In this document: piece after piece, positions 18,320 through 26,355 of the stretch | How positions within the stretch are numbered: the first letter of the stretch is position 1 | Layout of the letters: each line of letters starts with the position of its first letter | Assembly: GCA_005223185.1 (NCBI GenBank) | Contig: NJBN01000007.1 | Coordinates: 1 to 64,000 of the forward strand | Direction: 5' to 3' | DNA length: 64,000 nucleotides | From: a candidate division LCP-89 bacterium B3_LCP | GTDB taxonomy: Bacteria > Electryoneota > B3-LCP | The notes under the pieces: generated by a model | What the model saw: the letters and a program-made list of their open reading frames with translations, nothing else | The model's database searches: none | What the model was told of the DNA's origin: nothing | Made by a program: the position numbers and the translations under genes

Positions 18320-19534
18320 TCAGGTTATGCTCAAAGCAGGGATTTTATGCTTTTTACCGATTTCGGCAGCCTCCTCTCCTATATGAACGATAGCTGTGAT
18401 GTCGTTTTTATCGAGTTTATTCAATTCAATATTGCCATGTACACGCCACTCTCTCTCCTTTGTCCAGTCCTGTTTTCCCGAACCAGCCATCTGAAAGAAG
18501 GAGCGGTCGCCTTCACTTAAGGAATCATACTTAGCAATGTCGCCGTATAGCGCTGGTCTAGCGCCCAACGCCTCCAGTCTCGACCTCTTGATGGCTATAC
18601 CATAAGGCTCAAATGTCCAGCGTCTTAAGCCCACTCGCCACCTGATCAATTTCGACAGATCTTCCGGTGGCCTGGCAGTGAAAGGGACCACGGCATATCC
18701 ACCGCGTATCATTCTGGTGGAAGCGCGAATTACTTTTTCTGAAAAGATGCGCATGAGCGTTTCCATTCCTTGATTGTCAGATGGTTTACTCTCCATCATA
18801 CGCCCGAAATGTTCACATCTCTTCTCATCGGGCCAGGGACCTACGCAGGAACGCGTCCAATGGATCAGATACTCCTCTGGCTTGTACCATTCTGGTAACG
18901 CAATTCTCTCAGGTAGTTTAGGCCTTCTGTTTGGAGGGGATTTCTTATATTGAACTTCGAGTTCCCTGGAAATATCAGTTTCTGGCAGTTCCTCATGAGA
19001 AAGATATCTTTCGAAATTGCCCCCCGGTCGTATGGAGTTTTTGATAAGTCGCTGGCTTAAGGCGAAAACCCAGTTATCCCGCAGAGCATTGGTCTCGGTA
19101 TGCTTCATACTTCTCCTTATAACCAAAGGACGAATTGCTAAGGTTTTAGCATCTTCCAGACCTAGACCAATTATAGCTTTGGTGCGCAGAACGTTGAAAT
19201 TCTGAGCACTACCCGGAGGGAATATCAGAATTATGGGAAGACCGATTCTATTTCCCGCCCATGTCAGGAAATCCCAGGAAGTTGTGCCTAAGCTTGTTAC
19301 CAGGACGTTATTGCGCAAATCCTCGCTGCGAAGAGAGTTGAGTGTGTTGGCTATCCACTCATCGTGTTTATTCATGCGCGGTGACTGGCGGGAATTCAAG
19401 ATGGTAAATCGGCTTTTTTTAAGAAGATCAGTGGGACCGCAGAGGACGATAGGTGAGGATTCTTGAAGGAAAAAAGGGTGTGGTATTACAGCAGGGAAGT
19501 CATTCTGACTCATGCAGAACGCAAGCTTGTGCAT
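18320..19534 (-). CDS. Hypothetical protein with a divergent DprA/Smf-like (SLOG superfamily) Rossmann domain and an uncharacterised C-terminal domain
   Basis: Residues ~40-110 (FTILNSRQSP ... NVLVTSLGTTSWDFLTWAGNRIGLPIILIFPPG) follow the DprA strand-helix-strand pattern but lack GxARGID; the C-terminal half (DWTKEREWRVHGNIEL) has no recognisable family. Confidence 0.45.
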   Translation of the reverse strand: MHKLAFCMSQNDFPAVIPHPFFLQESSPIVLCGPTDLLKKSRFTILNSRQSPRMNKHDEWIANTLNSLRSEDLRNNVLVTSLGTTSWDFLTWAGNRIGLPIILIFPPGSAQNFNVLRTKAIIGLGLEDAKTLAIRPLVIRRSMKHTETNALRDNWVFALSQRLIKNSIRPGGNFERYLSHEELPETDISRELEVQYKKSPPNRRPKLPERIALPEWYKPEEYLIHWTRSCVGPWPDEKRCEHFGRMMESKPSDNQGMETLMRIFSEKVIRASTRMIRGGYAVVPFTARPPEDLSKLIRWRVGLRRWTFEPYGIAIKRSRLEALGARPALYGDIAKYDSLSEGDRSFFQMAGSGKQDWTKEREWRVHGNIELNKLDKNDITAIVHIGEEAAEIGKKHKIPALSIT

Positions 19535-19589
19535 GAACTTAGTTTCCTAAGAAAGCAAAATAATGCAGGAAAGTATAGCACCGAAGGTA

Positions 19590-19750
19590 GGTATTTTCAT
19601 TAGTTATGCTGCCAACTCCCTGCAGTTGGCAGCACTGCCTCAGAATCAATTCTGAGGCTTAAACTGATTCAAGAACACTGAAGTGATCTTCTTAGCGTCC
19701 TACTTTAGTGGGACAGCATTTTTATAGCTCGGGAATTCATTCCCATGTCT
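19590..19750. repeat. Mosaic palindromic repeat, copy abutting the tmRNA 3' end (E-like hairpins, B, C)
   Basis: gctgccaactccctgcagttggcagc; gcctcagaatcaattctgaggc; gcgtcctactttagtgggacagc; cgggaattcattccc ends 8 nt from the tmRNA 3' terminus. Confidence 0.65.
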
Positions 19751-19757
19751 AACTTTG

Positions 19758-20114
19758 TGGAGACGGCGGGAATCGAACCCGCGTCCGAAATAGTGACCGA
19801 AGGACCCGCTACAGGCTTAGTCGCTGTTTAGTTCTCGCTAACCATCAAATCCAGCGACAGATCAGATGGGAAGCCAGCCTCGGAATTCTCACGTCAGGCA
19901 TTGAGGCGCTGCTTGACGCCAGCCCATCATTATGACGCCCGCATCCCAACTCGATGGGCAAGAATCGGGTCGGACGTAGCCGCTTCTTTATTAAGCAGCT
20001 AAGGCATAGCCGTGATTATCGGCATTTGTGATTGTGGCGGGTTTATACGGGGTCACGCCATCCCCGACCTGCTGATCCAGCTTCCTCCTATCCCGTCGAA
20101 ACCAAGTCGTCCCC
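19758..20114 (-). ncRNA. ssrA: tmRNA (SsrA)
   Basis: 5' GGGGACGACTTGGTTTCGACGGGAT and 3' GGTTCGATTCCCGCCGTCTCCAC(A); acceptor stem includes the G3-U pair; internal tag reading frame ...ADNHGYALAA then TAA TAA; about 357 nt. Confidence 0.9.
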
Positions 20115-20312
20115 AGATTACTGTATGTTATGTTACGTAGTTATTATAGAAATGTTCCTCTTGCCCCAATTCCAACAATCCTATTGGGTGTAACTTAATT
20201 GCCTTTTTAGTACACAATATTTCTTAAGTTTTTTCTCTCCCCCTATTGCTTTTGATAATATAATTTCTTATATTATAGAAGTCAACCCCTAATAACACTA
20301 AAAGGAGTTACC

Positions 20313-21731
20313 ATGCACATTAGAAACAGAATGATCACAGTGATCATAGGTTGCTGCCTGTTATTGGCAGCGGGGATCCCGTTGCAGACAGGTTACGCTT
20401 ACACCCACACAGTTTTAGTGGAAGAAGCAACTGCTACCTGGTGCGGCTACTGCCCCAGTCATGTATCGGCTCTTGATGAGATGTACTCTTCGGGGCTCTA
20501 TGATTTCTACTATGTTACGCTTGTAACCGACATGAATACTTATGCTTACAATCGAGTTATCGGTGAATTAGGTGTAGGTGGCTATCCGACTTCTTTGGGC
20601 GACGGTGGATACCAGCAGGTCGTCGGTTGGGTACCGAACAGTTCATCCATGATCAACATGGTCAACAATTGTGGCAATCGTGCAGTCGCAGATATCGATC
20701 TTAATCTGGGCGTCACCTGGGATGGAAATGCACAGATCAGTATAGATCTCGATGTGATCAATAACGATCCATCCATGTACTTAGGACATCTGCACGCGTA
20801 TGTAACAGAAAAAGATTCCCGCTGGTACGTCTCAGGCAATCAGTATCACTTTGCCATGATCGGCGATTATGCCTTAAATGAAGATATCTTCGTTGCCGCA
20901 GGCGGCACTGCACAATATTCAACCACCTGGAACGGTAACACCTATGGATTCGGCGATATCGTTCCCGAAAATATCACAGTCATCGTTGCAGTGTTCAGTG
21001 GTGGAAATGTCTGGACAGATGAAACAGTAGCTATGCAGCCCGGTCTTCCGGTTGGCGACGTAACTGTTACTCTGACACCTTACGGCACACCTATCGTAAT
21101 TCCGGCTAACGGTGGTGCTTTCGATTTCAACATTGCGGTAACCAACAATGAAACTTCACCCTGGTCATTTGCAGTCTGGACGGACGTTACTCTGCCAAAC
21201 TCATCCATCTTCGGTCCCATTATCGGGCCGTTGACAATTACCATACCGGCAACAACCACCATCAATCGTGACCGTTCTCAGAGCATTCCTGGTGGAGCTC
21301 CTGCAGGTACTTATTCCTACAACGCCTATGTAGGCAACTACCCGGATGATATCTGGAACTCTGATACCTTCACTTTTGAAAAATCTACTGTTGGCGATGG
21401 GTCTGATTTCATTGGGGAATGGATAACTTCCGGTGATTCATTCACTACTGGAAATGTAGCATCTGTAGAAGATATTACTTTACTACAAAACTACCCCAAT
21501 CCCTTCAACCCAGAAACAACTATCAGCTACATCATACCGGAAGCAACTGATGTAAACCTCACTGTTTATGACGTAAGCGGTCGGCAGGTCGCAGAATTAG
21601 TTAGCGGCTACCGGAATGCCGGTCATCACGACGTAACCTGGGATGCTTCTTCCCTATCGGCTGGTGTTTACATATATCGTCTATCGGCTGGTGAGTTCAA
21701 CGCCAGTGGAAAGATGGTGCTTCTCAAGTAA
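20313..21731 (+). CDS. Secreted protein with N-terminal thioredoxin-like CxxC domain and T9SS C-terminal sorting domain
   Basis: Strong RBS aaaggag; signal peptide; EEATATWCGYCPSH motif; C-terminus QNYPNPFNPETTISY ... KMVLLK. Confidence 0.7.
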   Translation: MHIRNRMITVIIGCCLLLAAGIPLQTGYAYTHTVLVEEATATWCGYCPSHVSALDEMYSSGLYDFYYVTLVTDMNTYAYNRVIGELGVGGYPTSLGDGGYQQVVGWVPNSSSMINMVNNCGNRAVADIDLNLGVTWDGNAQISIDLDVINNDPSMYLGHLHAYVTEKDSRWYVSGNQYHFAMIGDYALNEDIFVAAGGTAQYSTTWNGNTYGFGDIVPENITVIVAVFSGGNVWTDETVAMQPGLPVGDVTVTLTPYGTPIVIPANGGAFDFNIAVTNNETSPWSFAVWTDVTLPNSSIFGPIIGPLTITIPATTTINRDRSQSIPGGAPAGTYSYNAYVGNYPDDIWNSDTFTFEKSTVGDGSDFIGEWITSGDSFTTGNVASVEDITLLQNYPNPFNPETTISYIIPEATDVNLTVYDVSGRQVAELVSGYRNAGHHDVTWDASSLSAGVYIYRLSAGEFNASGKMVLLK

Positions 21732-21758
21732 AAGGGAAAATGTTAAAAAGATAATGTA

Positions 21759-21787
21759 GGGGCGGACCTGTGTGTCCGCCCTTTTTA
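21759..21787 (+). terminator. Rho-independent terminator
   Basis: ggggcggac-ctgtgt-gtccgccc followed by ttttt. Confidence 0.75.
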
Positions 21788-21926
21788 TGTAAAGTCATTC
21801 CGGACAAGACACATGAATAAATTCATGAGCCCAATTTTTAGGTAAAGTCACTGAAGCGACTGGTGAAGTTACAAGATATCAGCATTGGTTTCAACCAATT
21901 AACGCAAAGTTTGGGCATAGGATTTT

Positions 21927-21958
21927 CCCGAAGGGACTCCCATGGAGTAATCCTATGG
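21927..21958. repeat. Solo D-module repeat (cccgaagggactcccatggag)
   Basis: Matches the ccgaaggactcctatgga module seen at 2391, 14303, 49628 (reverse) and 55240. Confidence 0.5.
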
Positions 21959-22005
21959 CAATTGACGCAGTCCACCTTATAATCTGCGGTTCAGCTATTT
22001 TACCC

Positions 22006-22302
22006 TCACATCACAGGCTTAGATAAAGTCTTTATCAGACCGACAATCCAACAGACCGCAGAGGCAATTTCAACTATTCTAAAAATCACAATTGATAGTG
22101 AAGGAAATACCAAGAAGATAATAACATCGAGCAGGTAGATACCTCCCGCTGCACGAAACCAGTCGTTCTCCATGAGTATAGGTTTGGTGGAGGTCGGCCG
22201 GGCACGCATGGTGAAGATGGGTTTACCGGTTATGAGCAAATAGACGGCATATACACCGGTAAGGGCTATAACGCCGCAGGGAAGGACATCTAGTGCTTCC
22301 AT
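22006..22302 (-). CDS. Small integral membrane protein, unknown function
   Basis: 98 aa with three predicted TM helices; starts 8 nt after the ferredoxin-tail remnant. Confidence 0.45.
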   Translation of the reverse strand: MEALDVLPCGVIALTGVYAVYLLITGKPIFTMRARPTSTKPILMENDWFRAAGGIYLLDVIIFLVFPSLSIVIFRIVEIASAVCWIVGLIKTLSKPVM

Positions 22303-22310
22303 TTTTCCTA

Positions 22311-22376
22311 CTATCCCCTCCCCACCATCTCAATCGCTCCTTCCGGGAAGACGTCCACACAAACGCCGCAGCCGCG
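22311..22376 (-). pseudogene. Remnant of a 4Fe-4S ferredoxin-domain gene (3' tail only)
   Basis: Encodes RGCGVCVDVFPEGAIEMVGRG, paralogous to the C-terminus of 23152..23700 (CYGCGVCVDVCPEGAIDMVGR); differences are mostly synonymous apart from Cys-to-Phe and loss of the stop codon. Confidence 0.55.
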
Positions 22377-22387
22377 TTTTCCTTTGC

Positions 22388-23118
22388 CTAATCCTGACAT
22401 TTTCGCACGATAAAGGTTGAATCTGTTCTGCGCCGGATACCAGCAAGGCGCATGAGTGTTCCGATACGTTTCTCTTTAATTCCTCTATCCACTAAGTGGC
22501 ATCGTGTCATGCCAGAGATCATGTCTTCAAGCTGCTCATTCGTGAAATATGATACAACAGGTGCGCCGATGTTATTCCATTTGCCTAGAATCTGGATCCG
22601 GTTGGATGTAACTTTTGTCACGAACCTCTTAACATAAAACACGACTCCCATCATGAAGACAGGATAGAAGACAGGCTCTATAATAATCAGATGACCACCG
22701 GGTTTTAACAAATTCAAGGCATGAGTGACGGCTAATGATGCATTGTCCCGAGATTGCCTTCGCGTTTTACCTACCAAGTGATGGAGAACCGCTGCCAAGA
22801 TGGCAAAATCAAATTTTCAGTAATACTCGCCGCGAAATCATAATCCAGTATGGATCCCCGGAGGGTATGGCACGTGAGTTTTTGTTGCATTATTTCGAGG
22901 TAATTTTCGCTTATGTCGATTCCAGAGAAACACTCCATAGGAGTGTTATCCTTGAAATATTTGAGGATATTACCTGTGCCGCAACCGATATCGATGAGAG
23001 AACTATCCGGCTGGCAGTGTCCATTGATAAATTTGCAAGCGTACTCAAGCCGTTCCACGGAATATTCCGGTGTAAGCACATCGAAATAATTTTTTGAAGC
23101 TCTGTCAAATGTTTCCAT
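22388..23118 (-). pseudogene. Class I SAM-dependent methyltransferase disrupted by a 29-nt insertion (frameshift)
   Basis: N-terminal ORF carries motif I LIDIGCGTGN and DYDF; the C-terminal ORF carries AILAAVLHHL ... LKPGGHLIIIEP in another frame; removing 22803..22831 restores DYDF-AILAAVLHHL in frame. Confidence 0.7.
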
Positions 23119-23151
23119 AAAAATATAACTACTTTATAAGAAGATCGTTTA

Positions 23152-23700
23152 TCACCGCCCCACCATATCAATCGCTCCTTCCGGGCAGACGTCAACGCAG
23201 ACACCGCAGCCGTAACATTCATCTGCAACAACCGTCAACTCTTCTCCATCCCACTCCCGCGCTTTGAAGAAACAGAATTCCTCACATTCGCCGCAATGCG
23301 TACACAATTCCTCATCTGTCCGTTCTATGTACACTCCTTTGTCACAGGGGCTGGGTACATCGTCCGTGAAGAAATCACAGCAGCAGTCACAGCAGAAACA
23401 TATACCTTCCGTAACTGTCTTGATGTCGTTATCTCTGAACGGCCGCGGCACCAGGTGAGTTTCTTCAGATTCCTTCAAAATCTTCAGCACTTCATCTTTG
23501 GATACCGGTCGCAAACCCGTTCCCGTTGCCGCCGTCTTCTCCTTAAACTGAAGGCATAGAAATATTCCCGATCTTTTGCAGGAGCCGCGTTCTTCCCGGC
23601 ATTCACAATTAGAAACCCAGTAAAGATCGTGTCCATCCACAATCTCACGTGCTTCAGCGATAGTGCATACAAAATGGAAGTTTGGCTCTGATGTGGACAT
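23152..23700 (-). CDS. Cysteine-rich Fe-S protein with a C-terminal 2x[4Fe-4S] ferredoxin domain
   Basis: CTHCGECEEFC and CYGCGVCVDVCP ferredoxin motifs plus N-terminal Cys clusters (NCECREERGSC, CFCCDCCCD); start set at MSTSEPN after RBS gaggaa. Confidence 0.65.
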   Translation of the reverse strand: MSTSEPNFHFVCTIAEAREIVDGHDLYWVSNCECREERGSCKRSGIFLCLQFKEKTAATGTGLRPVSKDEVLKILKESEETHLVPRPFRDNDIKTVTEGICFCCDCCCDFFTDDVPSPCDKGVYIERTDEELCTHCGECEEFCFFKAREWDGEELTVVADECYGCGVCVDVCPEGAIDMVGR

Positions 23701-23772
23701 TTTGTTCCTCAAACACAACAGCCGAGGAGTATCCCCCTCGACTGTGCTGGAAAATTAGTATTTTAACTCAGC

Positions 23773-26136
23773 TTATCCACATTTGGTAAAACCACATGAA
23801 CGGCACACCAGACAGCCATCCTCATGCGCGATCGGCCCGCCGCAATCCGGACACTGATCGGGGATTTCCAGCAGGTTAGTATCCTTTTCAAACTTCGGTT
23901 CCTTTACTTTTATGGGAGGCTTATTGTTGGAATTGGCTTCCTGACGCTGTATGTATCGTTCCAGGGCTTTGGCGATGGCATCAGGCGCTGAAGTTATCAG
24001 AGTGCCGTTTTCCCACACGGGATTGGGCCCTGAGATTCCTTTCAACTGTTTTACGATGTTATCTGGTGCGATTCCCGATTTCAGACAGAGTGAAATCAGG
24101 CGGGAAATCGCCTCGGATTGAGCCGCTAAATTTCCCCCCGCTTTACCGATGGAGGTAAACACTTCGCAAGGACCGTGTTCATCCGAATTGATGGTTACGT
24201 AGGAAGGACCATCACCGGTATTGACTCTTTCGGTCATGCCGTAGGTAACTGCCGGTCTCTTCCTCGGTGAAAGTTTCGGTCTGCTGATTTCCTTTTTTGT
24301 TTCCTGTTTTTTAGCGCTATCACCCCTGTGCATGACCTGTTCGCTCCGTGAACCATCCCGATATACGGTCAATCCTTTGCAGCCCAAATCATAAGCCAGC
24401 ATGTAAGCACGCCTGACGTCTGTGGTAGTGGCGTTGTGAGGAAAATTAATTGTTTTGGATACGGCATTGTCAGTATGTTTCTGGAAAGCTCCCTGCATGC
24501 GCACATGCCAATCGGAAGCGATTTCATGCGAGGTTACAAAAGTGCGCTTTAGAGGTTCAGGAATCTCTTCGATTTCTTCCAAGGATTTGCACGCAGATAT
24601 TTTCTTAATCAGTTCTTCGCTGTATATTCCAGCTTTTTGCAACGCCTTCTCGAAATGGTGATTTACGTAGAGTAATTCCTGACCATCCATAACTTTTTTC
24701 ACGTAAACCAGGCTGAACACGGGTTCAACACCTCCGGAACAGTCAGCGATCATGGATAACGTGCCGGTAGGCGCTATCGTGGTGATGGTGGCGTTGCGGA
24801 TGGGCGTATCGTAAATTGATTTATCAAAATTAGGAAAAGTCCCTCTAACTGACGTCAGTTCTTTTGATGCTTCGCGTGCTTTTCCTAAGATGAACTCCAT
24901 TACCTCCTCACCTAACTTGATTCCTTCCGCCGAGTTGTAAGGTATGTCAAGCTGGTAGAGCAGATCTGCGAAACCCATCACCCCCAGTCCAATCTTGCGG
25001 TTGGCTCTGGTTATTTCAGCGATTTCCGGCAAGGGATACTTATTAACTTCAATCACATCATCCAGGAAGCGCACAGACAGCTTAATTATCTGCGCTAACT
25101 TCTCCCAATCGATGGCGTCATCGACTACCAGGTGGTCTAAGTTTATAGAGCCTAAATTGCACGATTCATAAGGCAGCAACGGCTGTTCACCACAGGGATT
25201 GGTGGATTCAATTCTTCCCACCGATGGCGTGGGGTTGTCCCGGTTGATCTGATCTAAAAATACTATCCCCGGTTCGCCGTTACTCCAGGCATTATCCACA
25301 ATTTTATCGAAGAGTTTCTTAGCTGATACATCTCGGACAAATTCACCGGAACGGGGTTCTTTTAGTTTAAATTTCAGGTTATTCTTCACCGCATCCATAA
25401 ACTCATCGGTAACCGCAACAGAAATGTTAAAATTGTTAAGCGAGTGTTCACCTTTTTTGCAGTCAATGAATTCTTCAATATCGGGATGATCTACATGCAG
25501 AATAGCCATATTAGCGCCGCGTCTGGTCCCCCCCTGTTTTATCGTCTCGGTCGCGGCATTGAAGACGGTCATGAATGAAACCGGTCCCGAAGCCGTTCCC
25601 GCCGTGGATTTAACCACGCTGTTTTTCTCACGCAGTTTGGAGAAGGAAAATCCCGTTCCTCCCCCACTTTTGTGAATCAAAGCAGTGTATTTTATGGCGT
25701 TAAAAATGCCCTCCATGCTATCTTCAATAGGCAGGACAAAACAAGCGGAAAGTTGCCCCAGTTCCCGGCCGGCATTCATCAAAGTTGGGGAATTGGGAAT
25801 AAAATCAAGTGAAGCCATGAGGTGGTAAAAGGCATCTTCAATGTCCTGGCAGTCTTTATCACTCAAATTCTTGTTAAATACCTTCTCCGCGGAGGCAACA
25901 TGCTTAGCAACCCTTCTGAACATCTCTTCAGCAGTTTCGATAATCTCGCCTGTATCATTCTTAGCCAGATAACGGCGTTTGAGAACTGCCAGACTGTTAT
26001 CGGAATAGCTGTACTTCTCCTGTCTTTTTATTTTCGGCAGAGTGATTTTATCTGTTTTCTCGTCTTTGCGTTGTACCGTAGAGGACGTGAAAAGATCATT
26101 TTCTCTCTTGCCGACAGAAGACGTTCTGGCTAACAT
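23773..26136 (-). CDS. nrdJ: Class II (adenosylcobalamin-dependent) ribonucleotide reductase
   Basis: NPCGEQPLLPYESCNLGSINL active-site region; C-terminal zinc ribbon CPDCGG ... CLVCRSCG; 787 aa. Confidence 0.9.
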   Translation of the reverse strand: MLARTSSVGKRENDLFTSSTVQRKDEKTDKITLPKIKRQEKYSYSDNSLAVLKRRYLAKNDTGEIIETAEEMFRRVAKHVASAEKVFNKNLSDKDCQDIEDAFYHLMASLDFIPNSPTLMNAGRELGQLSACFVLPIEDSMEGIFNAIKYTALIHKSGGGTGFSFSKLREKNSVVKSTAGTASGPVSFMTVFNAATETIKQGGTRRGANMAILHVDHPDIEEFIDCKKGEHSLNNFNISVAVTDEFMDAVKNNLKFKLKEPRSGEFVRDVSAKKLFDKIVDNAWSNGEPGIVFLDQINRDNPTPSVGRIESTNPCGEQPLLPYESCNLGSINLDHLVVDDAIDWEKLAQIIKLSVRFLDDVIEVNKYPLPEIAEITRANRKIGLGVMGFADLLYQLDIPYNSAEGIKLGEEVMEFILGKAREASKELTSVRGTFPNFDKSIYDTPIRNATITTIAPTGTLSMIADCSGGVEPVFSLVYVKKVMDGQELLYVNHHFEKALQKAGIYSEELIKKISACKSLEEIEEIPEPLKRTFVTSHEIASDWHVRMQGAFQKHTDNAVSKTINFPHNATTTDVRRAYMLAYDLGCKGLTVYRDGSRSEQVMHRGDSAKKQETKKEISRPKLSPRKRPAVTYGMTERVNTGDGPSYVTINSDEHGPCEVFTSIGKAGGNLAAQSEAISRLISLCLKSGIAPDNIVKQLKGISGPNPVWENGTLITSAPDAIAKALERYIQRQEANSNNKPPIKVKEPKFEKDTNLLEIPDQCPDCGGPIAHEDGCLVCRSCGFTKCG

Positions 26137-26239
26137 TTTCGCACCACCTTACTTAAGATTATTTTTGAGTGAAAATTAATATACTGCTTTTCCAAGTTCG
26201 AGTCAAGTACTTTTTAAAACGCTATACATTGATGAATGA

Positions 26240-26259
26240 ACATATGTGTACACAATATA
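26240..26259. promoter_or_regulatory. NrdR-box-like palindrome upstream of nrdJ
   Basis: acatatgtgtacacaatata contains ACACAATATA (NrdR half-site consensus) and the perfect palindrome tgtgtacaca, about 100 nt upstream of the nrdJ start. Confidence 0.3.
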
Positions 26260-26355
26260 AAGCCAATAGGTGCGAAATAAATGTAAAATCTTGTAGCGAA
26301 GCTTTAAGAATTTCTAACCTTTGGTGAAAGATATGACAGGGAGTAATTGTGGTAT

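Noticed and set aside
19535-19757. Searched for an integrase or prophage at the tmRNA 3' end.
   Set aside because: No integrase, recombinase or phage gene lies on either side. The adjacent genes are a hypothetical protein and T9SS cargo, so no mobile element is called.
22398-22400. ATG that would make the ferredoxin-tail remnant a 29-aa ORF (MSGLGKGKRGCGVCVDV...).
   Set aside because: The ATG lies inside the methyltransferase reading frame, and the homologous segment begins only downstream of it. Read-through is coincidental, so the segment is called a pseudogene remnant rather than a CDS.
22760-22800. Apparent in-frame TGA at the methyltransferase ORF junction, first suspected as a selenocysteine codon (selA is in the window).
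   Set aside because: Careful re-framing shows the TGA codons are not in the frame that carries the conserved motifs. The break is a +2 frameshift from a 29-nt insertion, not UGA read-through.
26137-26355. Possible cobalamin riboswitch upstream of the B12-dependent nrdJ.
   Set aside because: The region is AT-rich and lacks the GC-rich B12-box and conserved helices. NrdJ genes are not typically riboswitch-controlled.
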